From Phycisphaerae bacterium (GTDB lineage: Bacteria > Planctomycetota > Phycisphaerae > UBA1845 > Fen-1342): 64,000 nucleotides of DNA. Both the position numbers and the translations under genes were made by a program. Shown piece by piece: positions 20,231-30,452 of the stretch (its first letter is position 1; the number at the start of each line of letters is the position of its first letter). The notes beneath the pieces are model-generated. The model did not search any database, was not told the DNA's origin, and saw only the letters and a program-made list of their open reading frames with translations. The stretch is from the NCBI GenBank assembly GCA_963675745.2, contig CAXXWX010000010.1, forward strand, positions 96,001 through 160,000, in the 5' to 3' direction.

Positions 20231-22774
20231 TCATTCTGATTGCTGATCAGCCCACACTTCTGGAAGCGAGAACGCGAAGACACTACCGACTCCCCACTCG
20301 CTTTGCACCTCGATGTGCCCCCCCAGTTGCGCCACGAGTTTCTTGCAGATCGACAGTCCCAGACCTGTTCCATCGCGCCTTCGCGACAGCCCGACGTCAA
20401 TCTGCGAAAAGGTCTCGAACAGCCGATCCATGTCCTCATCCTTGATGCCGATCCCGGTATCCGCCACCTCAACATGGATCATTGCACCGCTGCCTTCGCC
20501 GCCGGCGCGGCGTTCGGCGCGCAGGCGGACGCCGCCTCGATCCGTGAACTTCACCGCGTTGCTGAGGAGGTTTATGAGGATCTGCTCGACGCGCTTTGAA
20601 TCACTCTTGATTTCGCGCACTTGCGCCGCTATTTCGGTCTCCAGCGTGAGACCCTTTTGGCTGGCAAGTGGCGCTACAGTGTTGATCACCTTTTCAATGC
20701 TCTGGCGAAGCGAGAACCGGCGTGGCAACATCTCCAATTGGCCAGCTTCGATCTTCGAGATATCCAGCACATCGTTGATCAGATCAAGCAGGTGGGTTGA
20801 GCTTCCCTGCACCATTCCGAGCTGCTTTTGCTGCTCCGCATTAAGCGGCCCCGTCAAACCCTGGAGCATGATCCCGGTGAATCCGATGATCGAATTGAGC
20901 GGGGTGCGCAGCTCGTGTGACATGGTCGCCAAGAACGTGGATTTGAGACGGTCGGCTGATTCGGCCCGTTCCTTCGCTTTCTTCAATCGCGCCTCAACCT
21001 GAAGCCTGCGATTGATCTCACGCCGCAGCCTGCGAGCCCAGAGCAGCGCTGTCAGCCCCCCGATGCCCAACAGCCCGACAATTGCGGCACTCCACTGTAG
21101 CACACGCCTCACATCTTGGCCGTGTTCAAAACGCACGGCAACCCACTTGGCTCGAATCGCGGCAGCCTCATCTGGCGTGATGGACCTCAGGCCCTTGTTT
21201 AGGATACTCACGAGTTCGGGCCAGTCCTTGCGTACCGCCATGCGAAAACCCGCGGTTTCCCCGTCCAACGGCGCGGCAACTTTCAGATTCGTGAAACCAA
21301 GCTGTTCGATGGCGTACGACCCCTGAGCCAATGTGTCGACGTATGCATCGGCGCGGGCAGTCGCCACCGCCTGCAGCGACTCGTCCGTTGTCGAGAACAA
21401 CTTCAGCCGGAGTTGCGGATAGTCGCGTCGGAGACGGTCAAGCTGATGCGAATCCTCCTGCAGTGCGACGGTTTTGCCGGCAAGATCCAGCGCGCCACCA
21501 ACAAACGGCGCGCCTTTTCTCGTAAAGATCATCATTGGTGACGTGACGAAGACGTCGGTGAATGCCAGATACGCTTCACGCGGATCGGTTCGCACAGCCC
21601 CAGCCAGGACGTCTGTCTCACGCCGCCTCGCCAGCGCCAGCGCATCGTTCCACGTGTCGGCGGGAACCACCTCTATGCTGAGACCCACGCGCTGACCGAT
21701 CAGAACCAGGTAATCCCCGGAGATCCCGGCCAGTTCATGGTTTTTCGTGATGAATGCAAATGGCTGATGGTAGGGATCAGCGCTTGCGCGTATCGTGGGG
21801 TGTGCCGCGATCCAGGCACGCTCGCGCGGCGTCAAGTCGATCGTCACTTCCTCCGCTTCACGGTAGCGTGCTTCAACGTCAACAAACCAGCGTCGCTCGA
21901 TCTCCGCGCGTTCGTCCGGAGTAATGCGCTCTAGACCGGTGTTAATCTGGTGGATGAGGTCAATGCGTTCTTTCCGTGTCGCACCCCGGTACCGCCTCAC
22001 GAAGAGCGGCTTTGCCATGACGTAGTGAAACAGATCGTCGCAATCGTGCTCATTGCAGTGGTAGAACAGGTTGACGGCTGGCGAGACGAACACACTGAGT
22101 TCACCCTTGATAACGGCGTCGTAGAGCGAGGGATAATCCGGATAGAGCCTCAGATCGGCATCAGGGAACTCGCGTCTCATGAACGACTCGGTGAAACCGG
22201 CTGCCGGCGCACCCACCGCGACCCCCCGCAAGTCTGTCGGGTGGTCGGTGTGTCGATCGCGATCATGCACGATGACTCGATAGGCGAGGTCGCATATCGG
22301 TTCTGTGAAATCAAGTTGCCCATCTCGTTCATCAGAGAAGAACAGCCCGGCGTGGAGATCAGCCTCACCGTCGCGCACCATTCGGACCGACTCGGCGAAA
22401 TCCGCGGTGCGAAACTCGACCGGAACACCGGTCTTGTCGGACCACAAGCGCCACACGTCGATGAGCAAGCCGGCGGCCTGGCCGTTCTCGTCACAAAACT
22501 TCAGCGGGGGGTTGTTCCGATTGCTGGCGATGATCAACCGCTCGAGCCGCGGAACCTCCGGCGCGTATTGCTGCGATGGTTGCCGCGTACTCGACTCTGT
22601 TGAATCCGGCTGGCCAAACGCTGCCAGCGGGGCCAAGAGCAAGATGACCAGCATGCTCGCGACAGCGCCGGCGGATGCCACGTTGGCCGGCATCAAACGA
22701 CGTTGCACAGCAAAGGGGCCTGCGCCCGTGATCATCGAGACCAGAGATTCAGCGTGATCGAACCAGCGTGTCAT
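20231..22774 (-). CDS. Histidine kinase with two periplasmic solute-binding (SBP family 3) domains
   Basis: Two SBP repeats (LTPRERAWIAAHP...), one TM segment, MSHELRTPLN and GTGLGL. Confidence 0.9.
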   Translation of the reverse strand: MTRWFDHAESLVSMITGAGPFAVQRRLMPANVASAGAVASMLVILLLAPLAAFGQPDSTESSTRQPSQQYAPEVPRLERLIIASNRNNPPLKFCDENGQAAGLLIDVWRLWSDKTGVPVEFRTADFAESVRMVRDGEADLHAGLFFSDERDGQLDFTEPICDLAYRVIVHDRDRHTDHPTDLRGVAVGAPAAGFTESFMRREFPDADLRLYPDYPSLYDAVIKGELSVFVSPAVNLFYHCNEHDCDDLFHYVMAKPLFVRRYRGATRKERIDLIHQINTGLERITPDERAEIERRWFVDVEARYREAEEVTIDLTPRERAWIAAHPTIRASADPYHQPFAFITKNHELAGISGDYLVLIGQRVGLSIEVVPADTWNDALALARRRETDVLAGAVRTDPREAYLAFTDVFVTSPMMIFTRKGAPFVGGALDLAGKTVALQEDSHQLDRLRRDYPQLRLKLFSTTDESLQAVATARADAYVDTLAQGSYAIEQLGFTNLKVAAPLDGETAGFRMAVRKDWPELVSILNKGLRSITPDEAAAIRAKWVAVRFEHGQDVRRVLQWSAAIVGLLGIGGLTALLWARRLRREINRRLQVEARLKKAKERAESADRLKSTFLATMSHELRTPLNSIIGFTGIMLQGLTGPLNAEQQKQLGMVQGSSTHLLDLINDVLDISKIEAGQLEMLPRRFSLRQSIEKVINTVAPLASQKGLTLETEIAAQVREIKSDSKRVEQILINLLSNAVKFTDRGGVRLRAERRAGGEGSGAMIHVEVADTGIGIKDEDMDRLFETFSQIDVGLSRRRDGTGLGLSICKKLVAQLGGHIEVQSEWGVGSVFAFSLPEVWADQQSE

Positions 22775-23224
22775 TCCGTGATTCCCGAGGAGCCGTCAGC
22801 AGTCCAGCGACAGGCATCCAGCGGAGCCGTGCAATAGGCCCTCTCCCTATCACCTCGAATGACGAGCACATCTCGATCGCGGCCACCACCTCGACCGGTT
22901 AGGGGAACGACGCATCGCTGACGGCATGTGCGCAGATCCGCGACCCAGGGCTCTCAGACTTGCCCAGCCAACCTCCCAATCCAAGCGACAGGATCCAACC
23001 GGCTGTAGCCGGCATATCAGTATTCCGATCCCCCGATGTGCGTCCACCCCGCTCGTCGCACCTCGTGCGAACACCGTCACCTCCTGTGACTTCGCAGTTT
23101 GCCAGATGGGCCGGCTTCGGTACCGCGATCGGCAATTGCTATCCATAACTGCCGAATATGGCTTAGTTTATCGTCTGCCCGCCAGCAGATCAAGCCGCCC
23201 TCGGGGAACCGCGGGTCAGACTTG

Positions 23225-24577
23225 TCAGCGCCCGCCCTGTCCGAAAGCGCGTTCGATGAAGTGCGTATCAACATCTCCCTTGACGAAATCAACGTGCTCG
23301 AAAATCTTCATGTGCAAGGGGATGGTCGTCTTCAACGGGCCAATCACGAATTCGCTCAGCGCTCGCCGCATCACCTTGATGGCTTCCTCGCGCGTCGGCC
23401 GGTGTACGAGGAGTTTGGCGATCATCGAGTCGTAATGGGGGCTGACGACATAGCCGGCATGGGCATGGGTGTCGACGCGCACGCCCGGGCCGCCCGGCAC
23501 GATGTAATGCTCGATTCGCCCGGGGCAAGGGCGGAAGTTGTCGTCGGGTGATTCGGCGTTAATGCGACACTCAATGGCCGAGCCGCGGGATTTGATGTCG
23601 GCCTGCGCCAGGCTCAGTTTTTCGCCGGCGGCAATCCGCAATTGCCATTGCACGAGGTCGAGGCCGGTCACCAACTCCGACACCGGGTGCTCGACCTGGA
23701 TGCGTGCGTTGATCTCCATGAAATAGAAGTTCTCATTCTCATCGACCAGGAACTCACACGTCCCGGCGGAGAAATAGCCGGCGGCCTTGGCGAGCCGCAC
23801 CGCCGCGTCGCACAAGCGCCGGCGCGTGCGCCCGCTGATATGCGGCGAAGGTGATTCCTCGACCAGCTTCTGGTGTCGGCGCTGGAGCGAACAGTCACGC
23901 TCAAGCGTGTGGATCGTGTTACCCTTCTTGTCGGCGAGCAACTGCACCTCGACGTGCCGCGGCCGCTCGATGAGCTTCTCGATGTACAGCGTGCCATCTC
24001 TGAACGCGGCCTCAGCCTCGGCGTGCGCGTTGCGAAAATTCGTACGCAGCGCGGCCTCATTGTGCGCCGGGCGCATCCCGCGGCCCCCGCCTCCCGCGGC
24101 GGCCTTGATCATCACCGGATAGCCGATCTTCGAAACCAGTTCAACGGCCTCTTCCTCATCGGCAACCGGACCATCCGTGCCGGGCACAATCGGGACGCGG
24201 GCCTTCTTGGCCAGCTTGCGGGCCTCGACCTTGTTTCCCAACAGGCGCATCGACTCGGCGCTCGGGCCAATAAACTCGATGCGGCAGTCCCGGCACATCT
24301 GCGCAAACGTTGGGTTTTCGGCGAGAAAACCATACCCGGGATGGATAGCCTGTACGTCGGCGATCTCAGCGGCGGAGAGAATCGCCGCGGGATTCAGATA
24401 CGAGTGTGAGGCCGGTGCCGCACCGATACAGATCGCATCGTTTGCTTGATTCAGGTAGGCGGCACCCTCGTCGGCCTTGCTATAGACCGCGATCGCCTCG
24501 ACGCCCAAATCGCGACACGCGCGGATAATCCGCAATGCGATCTCACCACGGTTGGCAACCAGTATTCGGCTGAACAT
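23225..24577 (-). CDS. accC: Acetyl-CoA carboxylase biotin carboxylase
   Basis: [47 protein letters not shown]. Confidence 0.97.
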   Translation of the reverse strand: MFSRILVANRGEIALRIIRACRDLGVEAIAVYSKADEGAAYLNQANDAICIGAAPASHSYLNPAAILSAAEIADVQAIHPGYGFLAENPTFAQMCRDCRIEFIGPSAESMRLLGNKVEARKLAKKARVPIVPGTDGPVADEEEAVELVSKIGYPVMIKAAAGGGGRGMRPAHNEAALRTNFRNAHAEAEAAFRDGTLYIEKLIERPRHVEVQLLADKKGNTIHTLERDCSLQRRHQKLVEESPSPHISGRTRRRLCDAAVRLAKAAGYFSAGTCEFLVDENENFYFMEINARIQVEHPVSELVTGLDLVQWQLRIAAGEKLSLAQADIKSRGSAIECRINAESPDDNFRPCPGRIEHYIVPGGPGVRVDTHAHAGYVVSPHYDSMIAKLLVHRPTREEAIKVMRRALSEFVIGPLKTTIPLHMKIFEHVDFVKGDVDTHFIERAFGQGGR

Positions 24578-24605
24578 CCGGATCGGATCCCCAACGCCGC
24601 GCAGC

Positions 24606-25067
24606 TCAGGCGGGCTCGATGGCAAACAACGGTTGGTCGTACTCGACTGCCTCGGCGTTCGTCACCAGCACCTTGGTGATCCGGCCCGAAGCCTCCGCCT
24701 TGATCTCGTTGAACACCTTCATCGCCTCGACGATGCACACGACCGTTTCGGGATCGACGACGCTTCCAACGGACACAAAAGGCGCCGCCTCGGGCCCGGA
24801 AGCCGCATAAAACGTGCCCACCATTGGCGAGCGAATGAGTGTCTCATTCGACTCGGGCGGCGCTTCCGCCGATGCGCCTGGCGTGGGAACCGATGCCGTG
24901 GGCGTGGTGGCCGGTACAGGTGGGAGTGAGGCCGGCGGCAGGGGGCCGGCCACCACCGACTGGCCGCGCTTGAGCAGCACGTGCGATTCGCCCTCTTGAA
25001 TCTCGATACGGCTGAGGTCGTTTTCAACCATCAGCTCTATGAGCTCTTTGATGCGTTGCGTGTCCAT
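24606..25067 (-). CDS. accB: Biotin carboxyl carrier protein
   Basis: SPMVGTFY and the EAMKVFNEI biotinylation motif. Confidence 0.97.
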   Translation of the reverse strand: MDTQRIKELIELMVENDLSRIEIQEGESHVLLKRGQSVVAGPLPPASLPPVPATTPTASVPTPGASAEAPPESNETLIRSPMVGTFYAASGPEAAPFVSVGSVVDPETVVCIVEAMKVFNEIKAEASGRITKVLVTNAEAVEYDQPLFAIEPA

Positions 25068-25115
25068 ATGGATCTCGCTGGCGTCCGCTGCGGGACGCCC
25101 GTCGCTCCCAGGTGA

Positions 25116-26213
25116 TCAGCGTGGCAGATCGAGCGGTAGATCTGAGAGCACTTCGCAGCCGGTTTTGGTCACCAGCACGTCGTCCTCCAATCTCACGCCG
25201 CACACTCCGGGGATGTAAATCCCGGGTTCGATTGTCACGACCATGCCGGGCTTCAACTCGCCGGCCGCGGTGCGTCCAAGGCTTGGCGCCTCGTGTACAT
25301 CCAGCCCGATGCCATGTCCGAGGCCGTGGGTGAACTGCTTGCCGAAACCCGCCTTGCGGATGATGTTTCGGGCAACCTTGTCCACGTCTGCCGCCTTGAC
25401 GCCGGGACGTACGGCATCGATCGCACCATCGTGCGCCGCTCGTACGACGTCATACAGCTTCCTGATGCGGCGGGGGATGCTACCGATCCACAGCATGCGG
25501 GTCAAGTCGCTGACGTACCAGTCAACTCGCGCCCCCCAGTCGATAAGCACAGGTTCGCCGTCACGCAGATTCCGACTTCCAGGCTCGTAATGGGGTAGCG
25601 ACGCGTTGGGGCCCGATGCGACGATGGGCGTAAAGCTGGGGCCCTCGGCTCCCAGCGCCTGCATCTCGTAGATCAGCTTTGCGGCGACCCGGCGCTCCGT
25701 CAGGCCGGGACGAGCCCATTTCTCGATCTTGCGGAACGCACGCTGGGCGACGTCGATGGCGTGGCGGATTCTCTTAACCTCTTGTGGCGACTTGATTTCT
25801 CGCATCGCGCCGACGAGATTGCCGGCGGCCATCAGCCTTGTAGGCGCGAGCAGACGCTTGAGGCCGTTGAACACCTGCACGGTCATGTGGCCGGGGTCAT
25901 ACCCCACGCTCCGTAATCGGTAACGGTGGATTTCCTGGACGGTTGCTTCGGGGCCGCGTTTTTTGCGGATGATTTTCTTTGCAAAGGGTGCCTCGCGGGT
26001 GGCCGTCTCGCCGAACCGTCCGTCCGTGAGCAGGACGATCGCGCGAGGCGTCAGGAGCACACCACCGTCCTCGCCGGTGAACCCGGTCAGCCAATACTGG
26101 TCCTGGCGGTTTAGAATGAGGTAGCCATCGAGCTTATGCCGCTGCATCTGCTCGCGAACCTGGGCGATTCGCTTGGCATACAGGCTTGGGATTCGCGCTG
26201 GTTTCTTGCTCAT
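25116..26213 (-). CDS. Xaa-Pro aminopeptidase (M24 family)
   Basis: Creatinase-like N-domain, DWGA...SDLTR, HGLGHGIGLDVHE, TIEPGIY, GVRLEDD. Confidence 0.93.
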   Translation of the reverse strand: MSKKPARIPSLYAKRIAQVREQMQRHKLDGYLILNRQDQYWLTGFTGEDGGVLLTPRAIVLLTDGRFGETATREAPFAKKIIRKKRGPEATVQEIHRYRLRSVGYDPGHMTVQVFNGLKRLLAPTRLMAAGNLVGAMREIKSPQEVKRIRHAIDVAQRAFRKIEKWARPGLTERRVAAKLIYEMQALGAEGPSFTPIVASGPNASLPHYEPGSRNLRDGEPVLIDWGARVDWYVSDLTRMLWIGSIPRRIRKLYDVVRAAHDGAIDAVRPGVKAADVDKVARNIIRKAGFGKQFTHGLGHGIGLDVHEAPSLGRTAAGELKPGMVVTIEPGIYIPGVCGVRLEDDVLVTKTGCEVLSDLPLDLPR

Positions 26214-26418
26214 ATGCCTCGCTCAATGGTGTCTGGATATGCCGGCGACTCGCCGTTTGCAGCGGGCAGTCTACCACCGGACGTCCGATACTGCCAGCAT
26301 CCGCGAGTTGCAAAGCTGCCCCCGGCGATTGACCGGCGGCGGCTTATCTGGTAGCGTAAGTGGCTCGCATCTGTCGGCGGCAGATGCCGTTAGTGCGTAA
26401 ATCAACGAGGAAATACTC

Positions 26419-26688
26419 ATGGCTCGCATATGCCCTTTTACCGGCAAGCGGACAGTGGCGGGACGCTCGATCGCTCGCCGTGGTAAGGCGAAGTACCTGG
26501 GCGGTGTCGGCCGCAAGGTCACCGGCATCACCAAGCGGAAGTTCAAGCCCAATATCCAGAAGGTCCGCGCGGTCATCGACGGGCGCATTTGCCGGATCCG
26601 TGTGAGTGCCAAGGCAATCCGCATGGGGTTGATCGTCAAGCCGCCCCGGCGTCAATGGTCAAAGCCGGAAGAGCCGACCGAGTCCTAG
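26419..26688 (+). CDS. rpmB: 50S ribosomal protein L28
   Basis: MARICPFTGK...GGVGRKVTGITKRKFKPNIQ. Confidence 0.95.
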   Translation: MARICPFTGKRTVAGRSIARRGKAKYLGGVGRKVTGITKRKFKPNIQKVRAVIDGRICRIRVSAKAIRMGLIVKPPRRQWSKPEEPTES

Positions 26689-26769
26689 TGCTGTCTCACC
26701 GTAGTGGTACCCGGTCGCGCGGCTTTTCGGCTCAGGGCCGATTCGCATCGACCACAGCGGGGCAACGTC

Positions 26770-27075
26770 ATGTCACAGGCGATCGACGAAGCCCGTGTAC
26801 GCCACATCGCCAAGCTCGCCCGACTCGCGCTGACCGATGACGAAGTGCGGCTCTTCTCCGGGCAGTTGGCCGAGATCGTCAACTACTTCAAACAGCTTGA
26901 TGAAGTCGATACGGACGGGGTCGAGCCGATGGCCCACGCCTTGTCTGTGATGGATATCCAGCGCGATGACTGCCCGCGCGCGTGGCTCGATACGGCGGCC
27001 GCACTGCGCAACGCGCCGCAGCAACACGAGTCGTTTTTCCAGGTGCCGCCGGTCCTCGGCGGCGGCGGCGCATAG
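26770..27075 (+). CDS. gatC: Asp/Glu-tRNA amidotransferase subunit C
   Basis: [10 protein letters not shown]...[11 protein letters not shown]...NAP...FFQVP. Confidence 0.95.
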   Translation: MSQAIDEARVRHIAKLARLALTDDEVRLFSGQLAEIVNYFKQLDEVDTDGVEPMAHALSVMDIQRDDCPRAWLDTAAALRNAPQQHESFFQVPPVLGGGGA

Positions 27076-27164
27076 ATGATGAAGCGCGCCCGACCATTGA
27101 TGGCGCGCCGCGGGCCTCAGCCCGCGCGGCACGTCGATTGCGAGCGTGGTGCCCCAGAAGACAC

Positions 27165-28643
27165 ATGAGCACACCTGATTCGGCACAACTGATCGCGGCG
27201 GATGTGGCGGCGGCACGCCGGCGCGCTGTTGACGTCTGCGCGGAAGCGCTGGAGCGCATCGAGGCGTGTGACAGTGCCACGGGGGCCTTTATCGAGGTGA
27301 CGCGCGCTCACGCGCTGGACGCGGCCGCGCGCATCGATGGCGATGTCGCAGCCGGCAAGTCTGTCGGGCCGCTGGCAGGCGTGCCGGTCGCCATCAAGGA
27401 CAACCTGTGTACGCGTTTCAGCCGGACCACGTGTGGGTCGAAGATGTTGGCGGCTTTCGAGTCGCCGTACGACGCGACCGCTGTCGAGCGACTCGAACGC
27501 GCCGGCGCCGTCATCGTCGGCAAGACAAACCTCGACGAGTTTGCGATGGGTTCGTCGACCGAGACCAGCGTGTTCGGCCGCACGCGAAACCCCTGGGATC
27601 TGCAACGTGTTCCCGGCGGCTCATCGGGTGGTTCGACCGTGGCCGTCGCGGCACGCATGGTGCCCATAGCGCTTGGAACCGACACGGGCGGCTCGATACG
27701 CCAACCTGCCTCGTTGTGCGGCGTCGTCGGCATGAAACCGACCTACGGGCGCGTTTCGCGCTTCGGCCTGGTGGCGTACGGCTCCAGCCTTGACCAGATT
27801 GGGCCGCTGGCGACGTGCGTTGACGATGTGGCGGTTGTACTGACGGCGATCAGCGGGCATGATCCGAAAGACTCGACCTGCGTGGACCAGCCCGTGCCGG
27901 ATTACCGCGCGGCGCTGATGGATGACAATCTCGCGCAGCGCGCATCAGGATTGCGGATCGGCATCCCGCGGGAATACTTCGGTGAGGGGCTCGACGCGCA
28001 GGTCAGCGACGCTGTCAAGCAGGCGCTCGACGTGTACCAGACGCTCGGTGCAGAGTTGGTCGACCTCTCACTGCCACACACCCGATACTGCATCGCCGCC
28101 TACTACGTGGTCGCGACGGCGGAAGCGTCCAGCAACCTGGCGCGCTTTGACGGCGTGCACTACGGGCATCGGGCTGAGAAACCATCCGGCATCGTTGATC
28201 TCTACAGCAGATCGCGCGAGGAGGGCTTCGGCCCCGAGGTCAAGCGTCGCATCATGCTGGGGACCTTCGCGCTGTCCGCGGGCTACTACGACGCGTATTA
28301 CAACAAGGCACTCAAGGTCCGCCGGCTGATCAAGCAGGACTTCGACCGGGCGTTCGAGCAGGTTGATGTGCTGGCGTGCCCGGCGTCGCCAACGCCGGCG
28401 TTTCGACTGGGCGAGAAACTCGACGACCCGCTCCAGATGTATCTGGCCGACGTCTACACCATCGGCCCGAACCTCGCCGGCCTGCCGGGCATCGTCGTGC
28501 CGTGCGGATTCAGCGGTGGGGGGTTGCCAATTGGATTGCAGTTGATCGGGCCGTTGTTCGGCGAAGCGGCGCTTCTTCAAACCGCGCGATTACACGAGCG
28601 CGAGACTGATTGGCACACGCGCCGGCCGCCCGATATCGGGTAA
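27165..28643 (+). CDS. gatA: Asp/Glu-tRNA amidotransferase subunit A
   Basis: Amidase signature [46 protein letters not shown]. Confidence 0.97.
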   Translation: MSTPDSAQLIAADVAAARRRAVDVCAEALERIEACDSATGAFIEVTRAHALDAAARIDGDVAAGKSVGPLAGVPVAIKDNLCTRFSRTTCGSKMLAAFESPYDATAVERLERAGAVIVGKTNLDEFAMGSSTETSVFGRTRNPWDLQRVPGGSSGGSTVAVAARMVPIALGTDTGGSIRQPASLCGVVGMKPTYGRVSRFGLVAYGSSLDQIGPLATCVDDVAVVLTAISGHDPKDSTCVDQPVPDYRAALMDDNLAQRASGLRIGIPREYFGEGLDAQVSDAVKQALDVYQTLGAELVDLSLPHTRYCIAAYYVVATAEASSNLARFDGVHYGHRAEKPSGIVDLYSRSREEGFGPEVKRRIMLGTFALSAGYYDAYYNKALKVRRLIKQDFDRAFEQVDVLACPASPTPAFRLGEKLDDPLQMYLADVYTIGPNLAGLPGIVVPCGFSGGGLPIGLQLIGPLFGEAALLQTARLHERETDWHTRRPPDIG

Positions 28644-28744
28644 CCAGCGCCGCCTCAATCCAACCGCCCCGTCAGGCGTCCGAGTCGGGCCGGTTTCACC
28701 AGCGTGCATTCTCGCGAAGTCACGGCCGACTCGGGGGGCGGCCG

Positions 28745-28892
28745 CTAGAGCGGTTTCAGTAAAGACGCGGTGGCTTACACTGTCGGGGTGGGTCGGGCGT
28801 CTCGCCCGACTTCGACGAAAGCAGTACATGGGCGGGTGGGACGCCCGCCCCACCCGCGTATGGGCAACGGATTGTTGTTGAAACCGCTCTAG
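28745..28892. repeat. 148-bp MITE-like element with 14-bp terminal inverted repeats
   Basis: CTAGAGCGGTTTCA at 28745-28758 and TGAAACCGCTCTAG at 28879-28892, with internal GC-rich hairpins. Confidence 0.6.
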
Positions 28893-28910
28893 GCTATAAG
28901 GCAAAACGCG

Positions 28911-30359
28911 CTATCGACGAATCGTGCGCAGAAACTCCTGCACTTCCGGTATCTCCCCCTGGTAGATGAGGTAGCCGTTGTAGGGTTCGCGCTCGGTGAT
29001 GTCGTTGCAGATCGGCGTGAGCATGATCCGTTGGACTTCGGCCGGGTCGGACGACTGACCCAGGGCCCAACAGAGTTTCATATACGCGACTTCCGGCAGC
29101 ATGTTCGCCAGGGGGACAACGCCGAGCTTCATGATCTCGCGTCCCGTTTCATAGACGTACATCTGCACATAACCCCAAAGCGTTTGGACGGTCATGTAGA
29201 TGTGTACGCCGGCGTCCGTCGCGCGCTTTAACGCCGGGTACAGCGGTTTGTTTACGTGGCCGAGTCCGGTGCCGGCGATGACGATGCCGCGGTAGCCCTT
29301 CTCGACAATCGCATCAACAATGTCGGGCTGCATCCCGGGGTAGTAATAGAGGATCGTCACCTTCTCCTCGAACGTCAGTTTCAGTGTCACGTTGCGGTCG
29401 AGACGGCGGCGACGGAAGTCGTCGCGCAACGGCGACACTTCCTTGGGCGAGATCATGGCCAGAGGCACATCACCGATCGTGCGAAATGTGGACCGGTAGC
29501 TCGAGTGCATCTTGCGCACGCGCGTGCCGCGGTGCAGCAGGCAGTATTCATCCGACGTCGGCCCGAACATGCAGACCATAACTTCGGCAATCGGCCCCTC
29601 GGCGGCGGCTTTGACCGCGTTGATCAGATTGATCGCCGCGTCGGACGACGGACGATCGGAGCTGCGCTGCGAGCCGACCATTACGATCGGAACGGGTGAG
29701 TCCTGCACCATGAAGCTGAGCACTGCGGCGGTGTGGTGCATGGTGTCGGTGCCGTGCCCGATTACGACGCCGTCGACGCCTTCCGCGATCGCCTCGCCGA
29801 CCCTTTTGGCCAATGCCAGATAGTTCTCCTTGGCCATGTTCTCGCTGAACACGCCGTAGAGCTTCTCGGTGCGCAGATTGCAGATGTCGGCGAGCTCGGG
29901 CACGGACCCGTAGAGCTCGCCGGGTGAGAACGCCGGAATGACGGCGCCGGTGCGGTAGTCGAGCCGACTGGCGATTGTGCCGCCGGTGCCGAACAGGACC
30001 ACGTTCGGTTTGGCCGGGTCGCGCGGGAACTCCTTCTCGGGGATTTTGTAGTGCGCCTCGCGGCGGCCGATTTCGGTGATGTTTGTAATCGAATCGGCGG
30101 CAATGCCGACGTTGTAGCCGCTGCTCAGCTTGATCACGATATGGCGGTCATCGGCGGTTTCGGAGCGCGGCAGGATGATACCCGCGAAAATGCCGTTGTT
30201 TGAGTCAAGCTTTACTTCACTCCACACGCCGACATTGTATTGCTCGAGAACTGCGGCGCCGGGGCCGCGGTAGCTTTTGCGTGGCGAATCATCGTTCGAC
30301 GCAGCCCGACGTGCCTCGGTGGTAGCCTTGTCAGAATCCATTTCCAGATCATCCTGCAT
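28911..30359 (-). CDS. gatD: Glu-tRNA(Gln) amidotransferase subunit D (archaeal type)
   Basis: GatD N-domain (IKLSSGYNVGI), GTGGTIASRLDYRTGAV, HGTDTM, GSQRSSDRPSSD, VRKMHSSYR. Confidence 0.93.
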   Translation of the reverse strand: MQDDLEMDSDKATTEARRAASNDDSPRKSYRGPGAAVLEQYNVGVWSEVKLDSNNGIFAGIILPRSETADDRHIVIKLSSGYNVGIAADSITNITEIGRREAHYKIPEKEFPRDPAKPNVVLFGTGGTIASRLDYRTGAVIPAFSPGELYGSVPELADICNLRTEKLYGVFSENMAKENYLALAKRVGEAIAEGVDGVVIGHGTDTMHHTAAVLSFMVQDSPVPIVMVGSQRSSDRPSSDAAINLINAVKAAAEGPIAEVMVCMFGPTSDEYCLLHRGTRVRKMHSSYRSTFRTIGDVPLAMISPKEVSPLRDDFRRRRLDRNVTLKLTFEEKVTILYYYPGMQPDIVDAIVEKGYRGIVIAGTGLGHVNKPLYPALKRATDAGVHIYMTVQTLWGYVQMYVYETGREIMKLGVVPLANMLPEVAYMKLCWALGQSSDPAEVQRIMLTPICNDITEREPYNGYLIYQGEIPEVQEFLRTIRR

Positions 30360-30452
30360 TTGACCAAGTACTGCATTGTCCGGCAGGCCTCCGGCCGCCC
30401 ACGCTGACTTGCGGATGGAGGCGACCAGGTCTGTCGGAGTCCACGCGAGCGA

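Noticed and set aside
22780..23220. Long intergenic region as a possible ncRNA or riboswitch
   Set aside because: No recognisable motif by eye; an Rfam/Infernal scan would be needed.
28911..30359. Ordinary L-asparaginase
   Set aside because: It has the GatD N-terminal domain and the SSDRPSSD signature, and lies next to gatE.
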